A DNA stretch of 36,889 bases from Promethearchaeia archaeon (GTDB lineage Archaea; Asgardarchaeota; Lokiarchaeia; Sigyniarchaeales; SOKP01). The DNA lies in contig JAHQWH010000093.1 in the NCBI GenBank assembly GCA_029856105.1, positions 1 through 36,889 of the forward strand, given 5' to 3'. The notes under the pieces were generated by a model. The model was not told the DNA's origin and ran no database searches. It worked only from the letters and a program-made list of their open reading frames with translations. Position 1 is the first letter of the stretch; every line of letters starts with the position of its first letter. Made by a program: the position numbers and the translations under genes. Of this stretch, positions 18,338 through 28,157 are shown in pieces.

Positions 18338-19711
18338 ATGTCGTCGGAAAAAGAAAATGAAATTAATATGGATTCGATACCACTTCTCGATTATTTAAAG
18401 CAAGCGATCCCAGTTGAGGAACTTAGGGATTACGCGTCTGTAAGGCGTATTGGGAGCATAGATTTCGTCAAAGGATTCGCGATCGTCTTTATAATAATAG
18501 CTCATACAGGAGGTGCTTGGCTTGATTCTACTTGGATATTTGTCTATGGTTTAGGGTTTACTTTTCTTGACATTCTTGGTCCATCTTTATTTGTTTTTTT
18601 GTCTGCATTAAGCGTGGTTTTTAGTATTCGGCGAAAAAAGGGAGCTTTACCGGAAAAGGTCATAAGAAATAGAATTTTTTCTCGAGGAATAATGATTATT
18701 GTAATTGCAATTATATTCAATTTAGTTTCTATCGAGTTCACAATTCCCGGATATTCCTTTCCCGCCACACTTTGGGGTTGGAACATCCTAATGTTTATAG
18801 GCGCTTCACAGATCTTCTCTTATTACGCTTTAAAACTTAGTAAAATTTCTCGAGCTGTAATAGGAATGTTTATTGTTTTTACATCTGACACGATTAGACT
18901 TTGGCTTTTTCAAGGAAAAGAAACGGGAAATGTGTTTATCTCTATTTTACACTATATTATAGTCTCACCTTCTCCTATGACCCCGTTGTTACCCTGGCTC
19001 TCAATCTGTTTTCTTTCTTCGATTTTTGGAGAATACTTGTACGAAGCCATGATTGGTGGAACGAAAAAAGATTATAAAAAGTTATTTCGAACCTTTTTCT
19101 ATTGGGGGATTTTCCTTGTTCTTACTGGCATTTTTTTAGGTAGCAATGCATACGTTCCCGGAGGTTTTACAACCAGTGAACTTCCTTTAAATGAATATCC
19201 TCATATAGATCTTTTAAATACAATGCGAACTAAAAGTATCTTCTCTATATTTACATATCCTGGGATGTGGGAATTTTTAATCAGGGGACGAGCGCCTAAC
19301 ATGATATACAATTTAGGTGCTGCGCTTTTACTTATTGCTATTAGTTTCTATTTTATCGACATAAAAAGGAAAATGAATGTTTTTATATCCATGATGAATT
19401 ACTATGGAAAAGTGTCGTTGAGTTTGTTTTTGCTACATTTTATATTTATCACGCTCTTTTTAAGTTCTCTCAATTTGGTTGTTTTCGTATTCGTTGTTTT
19501 TGCTTATTTGGGATTTTGGGGGTTCACTGCATACATTTGGAACGAGTTCTATGGCGGTATGGGTTCGCCAGAGTGGTTTATGGCCCAAGTCGGTAGAATT
19601 GGGCAGAAGACAGGGAAGACTGTTAAGAAGGAAATACGCATAATAGAAGAAGAAATAAAAGAGACGATACAAAAAATAAAACAAGAACACGATAAAGATT
19701 CAAAAGGATAA
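18338..19711 (+). CDS. Transmembrane acyltransferase (DUF1624/HGSNAT-like), paralog 1
   Basis: RIGSIDFVKGFAIVFIIIAH, LFVFLS, WNIL, PLLPW, GKVSLSLFLLH. Confidence 0.75.
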   Translation: MSSEKENEINMDSIPLLDYLKQAIPVEELRDYASVRRIGSIDFVKGFAIVFIIIAHTGGAWLDSTWIFVYGLGFTFLDILGPSLFVFLSALSVVFSIRRKKGALPEKVIRNRIFSRGIMIIVIAIIFNLVSIEFTIPGYSFPATLWGWNILMFIGASQIFSYYALKLSKISRAVIGMFIVFTSDTIRLWLFQGKETGNVFISILHYIIVSPSPMTPLLPWLSICFLSSIFGEYLYEAMIGGTKKDYKKLFRTFFYWGIFLVLTGIFLGSNAYVPGGFTTSELPLNEYPHIDLLNTMRTKSIFSIFTYPGMWEFLIRGRAPNMIYNLGAALLLIAISFYFIDIKRKMNVFISMMNYYGKVSLSLFLLHFIFITLFLSSLNLVVFVFVVFAYLGFWGFTAYIWNEFYGGMGSPEWFMAQVGRIGQKTGKTVKKEIRIIEEEIKETIQKIKQEHDKDSKG

Positions 19712-19852
19712 GTCGCTACAAATAATTTCTAATAGAATTTTAAATAATTTCTAATTTCTTATCTCAATTTTTCTTTTTTGTGATAAAGTTTAAATTTTCA
19801 TAAGACAAGAATATTCTATAATTTTCAAGTAATAATTTTAATTGGTGAAAAA

Positions 19853-21124
19853 ATGTCGATTGAAAATGAATTAGGAACGGCAACTGAATCCCCTCCACTA
19901 TTCAATTATTTGCAAGAATTAATCCCATTAGAAGATATTAGGGATTTTGCTTCGCCAAAACGAATTGGAAGCATTGATTTTGTAAAAGGTTTCGCAATTG
20001 TTTTTATTATATTAGCGCATTCGGGTAGCGCTTGGTTAAACATTGAAAACCAATATGTTTACGGGATATTATTTTCATTAATGGATTTCCTTGGCCCATC
20101 GCTATTTGTTTTTCTTTCGTCTCTAAGCGTAATTTTCAGCATAAAAAATAAGCAAAACATACTCCCTCCTAAAGTAATTCGCATGCGAATTTTCTCGAGA
20201 GGCGCAATGATTATCCTAATAGCGATGATTTATAATGTTGTATCCCTAACTTTGGATGGATTTGGCGTACCATTCCCTTTAAGCCTTTGGGGTTGGAATA
20301 TTCTCATGTTTATTGGTTTCTCTCAGATCTTTTCGTTTTACGCTCTAAAATTAACTAAGCTTTATCGGGGCATTTTTGCTATTTTAATCGTAGTATTTTC
20401 AAATGTGATTAGAGACCTAATTTTTATTCCAGGATTAGAAGGGAATAATTTAATCGTAATCGTAATTCATTTTATAGTAATCGGACCAAACCCCATGGTA
20501 CCCCTCCTTCCGGGTCTTGCTATCTGCTTTATTTCTACTATCTTTGGAGAATATCTCCACGAAGCTATGAATAAGGGGACTGACGATGCGTATGTTGGTT
20601 TATTTCGCATTTTTATGGTTTGGGGTATTATCTTGGTGGCGGTAGGTATTGGTTTTGGTTCTCAATTGTACACTGAATCTTCAATGCCAGGTGGACTCTT
20701 AGAATATCCTCACATGATCTTATTAAGTGTAGCAAATGAACAAAGCTACTTTGTAATTCCCGGAATGCCTGAGTTTTTAATTAGGGGTAGAGGCCCAAAC
20801 ATGTTTTATAATTTAGGTGCTGCGCTTTTAATAATAGCTATCTGCTTTTATTTTATTGACATCAAGAAGAAATATGGTAATTTCGTTAAAATGCTAGTAT
20901 ATTACGGTAAAGTCTCGTTAAGCCTATTTTTTGTGCACCAGCTATTTCTTGGTTTATTTATTGGACAATTCGATGTAATTCTTTTCCTCATTATAAACAT
21001 AACTTATGTTGCTTTTATGGGTTTCTTAATGTATATTTGGATGGAGTACGCAAATGGAGTCGGAAGCCCGGAGTGGTTAATGGCTTATATTGGAAGTCTT
21101 GGGAAGAAGAAACGAAAAAAATAG
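19853..21124 (+). CDS. Transmembrane acyltransferase (DUF1624/HGSNAT-like), paralog 2
   Basis: Same motifs as the upstream gene, collinear over its length. Confidence 0.75.
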   Translation: MSIENELGTATESPPLFNYLQELIPLEDIRDFASPKRIGSIDFVKGFAIVFIILAHSGSAWLNIENQYVYGILFSLMDFLGPSLFVFLSSLSVIFSIKNKQNILPPKVIRMRIFSRGAMIILIAMIYNVVSLTLDGFGVPFPLSLWGWNILMFIGFSQIFSFYALKLTKLYRGIFAILIVVFSNVIRDLIFIPGLEGNNLIVIVIHFIVIGPNPMVPLLPGLAICFISTIFGEYLHEAMNKGTDDAYVGLFRIFMVWGIILVAVGIGFGSQLYTESSMPGGLLEYPHMILLSVANEQSYFVIPGMPEFLIRGRGPNMFYNLGAALLIIAICFYFIDIKKKYGNFVKMLVYYGKVSLSLFFVHQLFLGLFIGQFDVILFLIINITYVAFMGFLMYIWMEYANGVGSPEWLMAYIGSLGKKKRKK

Positions 21125-21253
21125 AAAAAAAACATACGCAAACTCAAAAATATTTTTTCCTTATTACTTTTTTCTTTTGAAGTACCATCCAGTCCTAAAC
21201 ATATAAATACCTTTAAGATAATATTGAATATAGTAAAATTAATAAAATAAAAA

Positions 21254-21319
21254 TTGTAAATGTTCTCATTAGTAAGGATGAATTTTTGAACATCCTTAAC
21301 CTAAGAGAAATAATTACAA
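21254..21319 (+). promoter_or_regulatory. Long imperfect hairpin in the predicted 5'-UTR of the Rab-like GTPase gene
   Basis: Nested pairs TTGTAA/TTACAA, TTCTC/GAGAA, TTAG/CTAA, TAAGGATG/CATCCTTA; TATAAATA at 21202-21209. Confidence 0.55.
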
Positions 21320-21323
21320 CTCT

Positions 21324-21866
21324 TTGGTGAAATCGTTGGATAAATCGTCGGATATATCGTCGTTTAAGTTTAAAGTTTGTTTGTTTGGGCCTGGAAATGT
21401 AGGTAAAACCTCTTTACTCATCCGATATATAAAGGATTACTTTACTTCTGATTTAAAACAGACAATTGGTTCGAATTTTTTAATAAAGGATGTTGAAATT
21501 GACCAAAAAATCGTTAGACTTTTGTTATGGGACATAGGCGGTCAAGATCAGTTTGCAAAACTACGCTCGATCTATTTCAAAGGGAGTAATGCGGCATTTG
21601 GAGTCTTCGATTTAACTTCGCCTCAATCCCTTTTAAAACTCCCTGGATGGATTAGCAGTATAAAGAAAACAGTTAAAAAATCAATACCTATACTTATAGT
21701 CGGAAATAAGAACGATTTAGAACGCCAAATTGAGAGGGGTGAGGCAGAAGACTTGGCAAAGCGATTAAATTGCGAGTATTTAGAAACTTCTGCAAAAACG
21801 GGAGAAAATGTTGAAATAGCTTTTGAGAAATTAGCTCGAGCTTTGATCTCGAGTACCTTAAGTTAA
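21324..21866 (+). CDS. Rab-like small GTPase (Ras superfamily)
   Basis: G1 GPGNVGKT, G2 TIG, G3 WDIGGQ, G4 NKND, G5 ETSAK; no C-terminal prenylation Cys. Confidence 0.93.
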   Translation: MVKSLDKSSDISSFKFKVCLFGPGNVGKTSLLIRYIKDYFTSDLKQTIGSNFLIKDVEIDQKIVRLLLWDIGGQDQFAKLRSIYFKGSNAAFGVFDLTSPQSLLKLPGWISSIKKTVKKSIPILIVGNKNDLERQIERGEAEDLAKRLNCEYLETSAKTGENVEIAFEKLARALISSTLS

Positions 21867-21898
21867 ATTTCAATAACTTATTTAATCATTCAATCGTT

Positions 21899-22543
21899 CT
21901 AACTTATTTTTATGTCAAGTTTTTGTATCTCTTCAACCAAATTATCCAATCCAATAAATCTTATTGAATTTATTCCTAATACCCGCGCTGATCGAACGTT
22001 ATTAAAACCATCGTCAATAAATATAATTTCTTCTGGTTTACACCCTGCTATTTTTAAAGCATACTCGAAAACTTTCGGGTCTGGTTTTGTCATGTGTATT
22101 TCATGCGAGAGAATAAATTCGTCAAAAAGCTCCCAAATATTCCATTTTTGTTTCTTCAAATAAGACCAATGACTTGAATTAATATTTGACATGCAAATTA
22201 TCTTTAGATTATTGAAAGTTTTGATTTTTCTAAGTAACTCAACCATATCTAGATTGAGGTCTGCAATAATACTATTAAAAGCGTTATAAAACTCAGTTTG
22301 ATCAAGAGCACATACTTCAAGTAATTCGCAAGCTTGTTGGTAGAACTCTTTATCTGTTATTCTACCTTGGTGATAAGTATCTGATTGACGAAAAAATTCT
22401 AACATTATCGGAGTTTTAGGTTTATTCAGAGGAGATGGAGTTATTACTTCATTAAAGAACCGACTAAAATCTAAATCAATCATAACATCTCCTAAATCGA
22501 TAATAACACACTTTATTTTTTTTTGTTTTTTTATTTTTGTAAT
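21899..22543 (-). CDS. HAD-superfamily phosphatase (YihX-like); probable ATT start at 22543
   Basis: HAD motif I IKCVIIDLGDV lies upstream of the tracked ATG; SN, KPD and FIDD motifs. Confidence 0.85.
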   Translation of the reverse strand: MTKIKKQKKIKCVIIDLGDVMIDLDFSRFFNEVITPSPLNKPKTPIMLEFFRQSDTYHQGRITDKEFYQQACELLEVCALDQTEFYNAFNSIIADLNLDMVELLRKIKTFNNLKIICMSNINSSHWSYLKKQKWNIWELFDEFILSHEIHMTKPDPKVFEYALKIAGCKPEEIIFIDDGFNNVRSARVLGINSIRFIGLDNLVEEIQKLDIKIS

Positions 22544-22574
22544 CTTACATCACCATATATGCGCAATTCGCGTT

Positions 22575-24635
22575 TTATTTTCTAAAATACACTTTGGTTG
22601 AAAATCGTCTAAAAGGCTTTGGTAATTTGTGTTTAGGGAACCCTTTTGTGTCTTTGTCGAGCATTTCGAGTAGTTCGCTTAATTTTATATTGTTTACGTT
22701 TTTTGAAGTACCTTTTTTTGGACCAATAGGTTGACCGATTAATCTTTGTCGCACCGAAATGGTTTGAGCTTCTTGCTCTTTTTTACCTAATATTACTGTA
22801 TAAGGAATCCACTCCACTTCTGATTGTCGAATCTTTTTTCCTAATTTTTCATCTCTATCATCAAAATCTACTCTGTAAAATTCTCTGCTGAGAATCTCCA
22901 AAACTTTTTCAGCGTATTCTTTCTGATCTTCACTAACTGTGATAATTCTTACTTGTATAGGGGATATCCAAGTCTTAAATCCGGGAACAATTTTGTCCTT
23001 ATCCCTTACAGCTGTTTCAATCAACCCCCATAAAATTCTTTCTAGCCCTCCCGTTGGAGAATTGTGAAGAATTACCGGATACTTCTTTACACCATCAATA
23101 TCTGTAAAATGAATGTCGTATTTTTGTCTCTTTTTTCCTTCGTTATCGACCATATATTCAAGCGAACTTTCTACGTCAATTTGGTTAGTTGAGAGTGTAG
23201 CGCTTCTATTTTGAGCTGAGAGAACTGGTCTTTCGAACTTTAAAACAAAGTAAAAGTACCGTTCTTCCCATAATTCTAATAAAGCTGGTTGTCCTTCTTT
23301 CTTTACTAAATCTTTAATCCATTCCTTGTTTTCTCTATAAAAATCTTGAGTTGCTCTGAAAATTATGTAAGATTTAATTCCCAGGTCGTCTAAAAGATTT
23401 TTTATTAAGAAGTATTGACTTTTAAATTCTTCTACGGAGGACTTTACATCTTTGCATAATGTATGCATATCAGGCATTACAAAACTTCTTAACCTTCTCA
23501 AGCCTGTAAGCTCCCCTTTCATTTCCCGTCTAAAGGAATATTGTTCCCATTCATATACTTTTAATGGGAAATAATGAGGTTTTAAATTCATAGAGCTTAA
23601 TAAATCAAAAAGTAAGAAATCAGAAGCATATCTTAATATATACCTATCATTTCCCGATTCAACCCAATAACTCCTCGCTGGAAAACGCGCAGTTTGTGCG
23701 GTTAACTTTTTGTTTTTAGTAGTGTACATAAGAGGAGTGTCAATAAGAAGAGCGCCATAATCAATTATCCTATCTTCCACAAAACTTTTAATCAAGTTTT
23801 TCATAATCACTCCTTTACTATACCAACGGAGATTCCCCGCATCTGTATTTGGATCAAAATCTACAAGCTCAAATTCTTTCATTACTTTGATATGAGCTGG
23901 TTCGATACCTTCGTCTGTTCTTTTTGTTCCTAATTCAGATTCTAAGAAAAGCTGGAAATCTTCGTCTTTAGTCTCTTTTAAGGGCAATACTTTATTATCT
24001 TCATCAAATTCTAAATCTAATTCAGTTCCTTGGGGGGTTATTACTTTAAACACAGCCGTTTCTATGTGTTCTTCGGGTTGAATGTATAGCTTTACATCTC
24101 GGTACATTTCAGCTACTTCGTGACCAATACAGTTTATTTTAAAAGATTTGTACCAACCAAATGGAGAAAACTTTGCTTCTATACCTTTTTCTTTTAAGAA
24201 TTCTGCTATTTTAGGACAAACATCCATAGCGTTTGATTCATTACTAAGAAATTTGCTTAAATGCGCCCAAGGGTAAACTAATACTTGATCAACCCTATAT
24301 ACATCCCTTTCTTTTATTAACTCAAGAATTTTTCTTGGTTTTCCTTTGATTTGGCCACTTTCAATCTTTTTATTATATTCTCTTATCACTTCGTTTTTAA
24401 GTCTAATTTTTTCGGGAAAATTAGTTATTTGATTTATTGCGTCTTCTATCACTTGAGCACCTTGTTTGGAAATCAAATCTGTATCGTAAGTATCTTGATC
24501 TTCTACAGATACGTAAGCTACTAAAATTAAACCCTCCATTTTAATTACATCTTCGGGAAAGTCTTGTGGATTGCTTGTGGCTACTTTATTTTTTATAACT
24601 TCTACCTTATCGGAGTGAATTAATAAAATTTTCAT
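22575..24635 (-). CDS. thrS: Threonine--tRNA ligase, archaeal type with N-terminal editing domain
   Basis: MKILLIHSD, VYPWAHLS, PFGWYKSF..CIGH, FRRE..GEL.GLRRLR.F.MPDMHT, ILHNSPTGGLER. Confidence 0.95.
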   Translation of the reverse strand: MKILLIHSDKVEVIKNKVATSNPQDFPEDVIKMEGLILVAYVSVEDQDTYDTDLISKQGAQVIEDAINQITNFPEKIRLKNEVIREYNKKIESGQIKGKPRKILELIKERDVYRVDQVLVYPWAHLSKFLSNESNAMDVCPKIAEFLKEKGIEAKFSPFGWYKSFKINCIGHEVAEMYRDVKLYIQPEEHIETAVFKVITPQGTELDLEFDEDNKVLPLKETKDEDFQLFLESELGTKRTDEGIEPAHIKVMKEFELVDFDPNTDAGNLRWYSKGVIMKNLIKSFVEDRIIDYGALLIDTPLMYTTKNKKLTAQTARFPARSYWVESGNDRYILRYASDFLLFDLLSSMNLKPHYFPLKVYEWEQYSFRREMKGELTGLRRLRSFVMPDMHTLCKDVKSSVEEFKSQYFLIKNLLDDLGIKSYIIFRATQDFYRENKEWIKDLVKKEGQPALLELWEERYFYFVLKFERPVLSAQNRSATLSTNQIDVESSLEYMVDNEGKKRQKYDIHFTDIDGVKKYPVILHNSPTGGLERILWGLIETAVRDKDKIVPGFKTWISPIQVRIITVSEDQKEYAEKVLEILSREFYRVDFDDRDEKLGKKIRQSEVEWIPYTVILGKKEQEAQTISVRQRLIGQPIGPKKGTSKNVNNIKLSELLEMLDKDTKGFPKHKLPKPFRRFSTKVYFRK

Positions 24636-24728
24636 GATTATATCAAAAATCCTAAATATTTTTCTTCCTTTAGATAATTAACAATTTAAAATTGAAATTA
24701 ATTATTACTAAAATATTTATTTATAAGA

Positions 24729-25343
24729 ATGAGGCTTAAAAATATTTTCTCAGAATTAACCCAAGTTCTGGATAAATTAGATCAAGATAGAGAAGAAATA
24801 CTCAAAATGTCCAGAAGGTTAATTCGGGAATGTAGTATTGCAATAAAACATATACATCGAAAAGAATTTAATCAATATCGCGAAAAAGTTTCAAATATAA
24901 AACAGAACCATAAAGAACTATTATTATTGGTAAAAAATAATCCAAGCGTTTTAGTCAAGTATTTAAAAACTGCAGAACAAGAATACGCAGAAGCTGTTGC
25001 TTTTTATTCGATTATTTCAAAAGAGGCTCTTCCATTGCCTAGTGAATTGAACATTACACCTTTAAATTATGCTTTAGGGCTTGCTGATGTAATTGGAGAA
25101 TTGCGAAGATACGCGCTAGATAATATTAGAAATTCTATTATAGACGATCTAAACTATATTTTAGAAAGTATGGATGATATCTACACGCAATTATTTTCGC
25201 TTGATTACCCCTCTGGATTAACTCAAGATTTAAGGCACAAAACAGATGTAGCGAGAAGTATAATAGAGAAAACTAGAGGGGACGTTTCAATCTCCCTTCA
25301 AATGAATGATTTAAAAAAATGTATGGAAAAAAGTCTTAAATAA
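24729..25343 (+). CDS. Translin/TRAX-family (C3PO-like) protein
   Basis: DREE...SR, QEYAEA, YALGLADVIGELRR, LRHKTDVAR. Confidence 0.88.
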   Translation: MRLKNIFSELTQVLDKLDQDREEILKMSRRLIRECSIAIKHIHRKEFNQYREKVSNIKQNHKELLLLVKNNPSVLVKYLKTAEQEYAEAVAFYSIISKEALPLPSELNITPLNYALGLADVIGELRRYALDNIRNSIIDDLNYILESMDDIYTQLFSLDYPSGLTQDLRHKTDVARSIIEKTRGDVSISLQMNDLKKCMEKSLK

Positions 25344-25380
25344 AAATTTAATGTAACACATTAAAACGAGATGAAAAAAA

Positions 25381-25818
25381 ATCGTTAAAAAAGTACTTAT
25401 AGCAGGAACTTTTGATCTGCTCCATCCAGGACATTTATACTTAATCCAAGAAGCTGCTAAAATGGGTGATGTCTATGTCATAGTATCTACAGATAAAAAC
25501 GCAGAGAAATTTAAAAATTATCAAATAATTGTACCTGAAGATCAAAGATTAGAAGTGATAAAAAATATAAAAAATGTAAAAGTAGCTAGATTAGGAAGAT
25601 CAGATAACGATACGCTTAAAACTGTTAAAGAAATAAATCCGGACATCATTCTCTTGGGGCCAGATCAAAAATACGATCTAGAAATACTAAAGCGAGGATT
25701 AATAGAAAAAGGACTGACCCACATAACAGTTAAAAGGTTAGATACTTATTATGATAAATATAAATTACACTCTTCTAGTCTTATTAAAAAGAAAATTGTA
25801 GAACAATTTAAAAAATAA
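25381..25818 (+). CDS. ribL: FAD synthase, archaeal cytidylyltransferase-like; probable ATC start at 25381
   Basis: In-frame upstream sequence IVKKVLIAGTFDLLHPGH contains the HxGH motif; PDIILLGPDQ; adjacent to riboflavin kinase. Confidence 0.8.
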   Translation: MVKKVLIAGTFDLLHPGHLYLIQEAAKMGDVYVIVSTDKNAEKFKNYQIIVPEDQRLEVIKNIKNVKVARLGRSDNDTLKTVKEINPDIILLGPDQKYDLEILKRGLIEKGLTHITVKRLDTYYDKYKLHSSSLIKKKIVEQFKK

Positions 25819-25834
25819 ACTTATTGGTGGACTA

Positions 25835-26539
25835 TTGGCTGAAGAAGAAATCTCACAGGAAAATTATGCTAATTGGTTTGCTCTTTATCAACTTTGTCAA
25901 TTAACAAAGAATAAGCGTAAAATTACTATAAGCACTATTAAATTTGGTGAAATATTAGGGTTAAGTCAACAATCAGGGAGTCGGAGAATTAACGCGTTAA
26001 TTGAATTACATTGGATCAAAAGAAAAACTGATGGTAAATCACAAACGATATCAATAACTAAAGAAGGAACTAATGTTATGCTTACAGTTTATAAAAATTT
26101 AAAAACTCTTCTTGAGTCAATTTTGATCGTTGGCGAAGTAGTAGAGGGAATGCACGAAGGTGGATATTACGTTTCCATTAAAGGCTATTACGATCAATTT
26201 AAAAAAAAATTAGGCTTCGAACCTTATATAGGTACATTAAATTTATTATTAACTGATACTACAAACACAATTTTACGTGAAAAACTACAAAATATATCAC
26301 CAGTTATAATTGAGGGATTTAAAGATCAAAATAGAGAATACGGGCCTGTTAAATGCTATGATGTGTACATCTCCCGAATGGATGATAAAAATAATCGCCG
26401 AAAAGCGGCTATATTAGACATTAAAAGAACTCATCACGAAAAAAGCATTATAGAGATTTTAGCTAAGCCATATTTAAGAGATTATTATAATTTGAAAGAT
26501 GGAGATAAGCTCATCATCGAATTAATTAAAAATAGATAG
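25835..26539 (+). CDS. ribK: CTP-dependent riboflavin kinase with N-terminal wHTH (RbkR-type)
   Basis: LGLSQQSGSRR, GEVVEGMHEGGYY, LGFEPYIGTLN, RTHH...IEI...YLR...LKDGD. Confidence 0.92.
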   Translation: MAEEEISQENYANWFALYQLCQLTKNKRKITISTIKFGEILGLSQQSGSRRINALIELHWIKRKTDGKSQTISITKEGTNVMLTVYKNLKTLLESILIVGEVVEGMHEGGYYVSIKGYYDQFKKKLGFEPYIGTLNLLLTDTTNTILREKLQNISPVIIEGFKDQNREYGPVKCYDVYISRMDDKNNRRKAAILDIKRTHHEKSIIEILAKPYLRDYYNLKDGDKLIIELIKNR

Positions 26540-26582
26540 AAATACGATAGAATCTATTTAAATTATAAAATAAGATTTAATT

Positions 26583-27206
26583 TTAATTTCCTTTTTCGAA
26601 ATTTCTTATAAGTTTCTTAATTTTAAAATATCTGAAGTAAACCGTAGCTATTACTAAGATCATAAAAAGAAATAAAAACTCGTTAACGAATCCATAAAAA
26701 TTCGCGATTAACATAGTAATAAACAAATAAAATAGCCGTTCTGATCTAGCCATTAGCCCATAATCAAAATCTCCTTTATAAAAAGTCTCAGCTCTCGCTC
26801 TTAAATAACTTATCATTATCGAACTTAAAAAAGAAATAATAATAATTATTTTCATATCAAAATAACACCATAAAAAAGAATTCCAACAATAAAACAAAAG
26901 AGCAAAAAAAATAACAAATTCGCTCGTTCTATCCATAATTGAATCAAAGAAGCTTCCAAAAGTTGTTGCTCTATTCTTTATCCTAGCGATTGCCCCATCA
27001 ACGCCATCAAAAATACCCACTAAAAATACGAATATTGAGAAAAAAAATAAATTAAAAAAAAAAACAAGAGCAAAAAAACTAAAAAAAGAAAAACAAAGCA
27101 TTATGACCGTTGCTAAATTAGGATTCACGCCCATTTTGCCTAATCCCTTCGCTAATAATTCAATAAAGGGTCGAAATATTCTACGAAGCCGAAATTTTGA
27201 AGCCAT
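26583..27206 (-). CDS. CDP-alcohol phosphatidyltransferase (archaetidylinositol phosphate synthase-like)
   Basis: PNLAT, DGVDGAIAR...GSFFDSIMDR, SYLRARAE, GLMARSER. Confidence 0.9.
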   Translation of the reverse strand: MASKFRLRRIFRPFIELLAKGLGKMGVNPNLATVIMLCFSFFSFFALVFFFNLFFFSIFVFLVGIFDGVDGAIARIKNRATTFGSFFDSIMDRTSEFVIFFALLFYCWNSFLWCYFDMKIIIIISFLSSIMISYLRARAETFYKGDFDYGLMARSERLFYLFITMLIANFYGFVNEFLFLFMILVIATVYFRYFKIKKLIRNFEKGN

Positions 27207-27239
27207 GACTCTTAGACAAACTTTATTTTTTTGCTAATT

Positions 27240-28025
27240 TTAATCGTTCTTCTCATATATTTTTTTAAAACTAATTATTCCAGTATAGAACCCTATTATC
27301 GTCGCGAGTATTTGAAGGATTTCAATACAAAACACATACCAAATTAATACATCAATCCTAAAATATATAAACTGTCCTATAATTTCGTAATACAGCGAAA
27401 TATCCCACACTTTTATTATAAAGAAAGTAATAAATATTAATATTCCAGAAATTAGCGTTTTGGTGAATAACTGTTTTTTCTTTAGAAAAATTCCCATTAT
27501 GGTACTAGTTACTATTAATGAGAAAGAAGCTATCAATAAAGTAGAAATAAACGAAATTTGAAATATGAAATTCTCAAAAAGTATTGAATAGTGAAGATGT
27601 GAATCGATAAATGATGTTCCGGAACCGAATATTAAGGAACCTAAGAAAGATATAGAAATGATCAATAGTAGACAACCAATGCTATTTAAATAGAAATAAA
27701 TACTTGATACTTTTCTCAAATCATAATTTAAACTTCCAACACTTCTAACATAGTATAGCTCTTTTAGATCGTCTAATTTTACTAAAATATCGTCTGGGGT
27801 TTCATTCGATACTCTTTTAAATTCGTAAGAAGTATATTTCTCCATTAAATCGCCTAATAATGCTCGAGCATCGCTTCGATTTCTAGCCGTACTTTTATTC
27901 CCCGCTTGAAACCAAATTGTTTCTTGTGAAGTATCTACGACAACAACAACATCGCTATCATTAATCTCGTCTGCTTGATACCACTGTCCCTTTAGATATT
28001 TGTAAGGAAAAAGATTAGTAGACAT
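27240..28025 (-). CDS. Gelsolin-like domain fused to four TM helices
   Basis: INDSDVVVVVDTSQETIWFQAGNKSTARNRSDA...NETPDDIL follows the gelsolin repeat pattern; four hydrophobic helices follow. Confidence 0.6.
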   Translation of the reverse strand: MSTNLFPYKYLKGQWYQADEINDSDVVVVVDTSQETIWFQAGNKSTARNRSDARALLGDLMEKYTSYEFKRVSNETPDDILVKLDDLKELYYVRSVGSLNYDLRKVSSIYFYLNSIGCLLLIISISFLGSLIFGSGTSFIDSHLHYSILFENFIFQISFISTLLIASFSLIVTSTIMGIFLKKKQLFTKTLISGILIFITFFIIKVWDISLYYEIIGQFIYFRIDVLIWYVFCIEILQILATIIGFYTGIISFKKIYEKND

Positions 28026-28157
28026 TATGACCTCTTGAAATTCTTTTTATTTATATATAATACTTAATTTTAATATTTATAATCTTTTTAATCTAATAAT
28101 TTTAAAGATTTTAAAACAATTATACAATTATACAATAAAAAAATTACGTGACGATAA

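Noticed and set aside
19719-19755. Repeat AAATAATTTCTAAT x2 between the acyltransferase paralogs
   Set aside because: Low-complexity AT-rich sequence that could arise by chance.
21271-21300. SECIS or K-turn interpretation of the hairpin (AUGA...UGA)
   Set aside because: Spacing does not fit a SECIS core, and no neighbouring gene shows an in-frame UGA at a Cys position.
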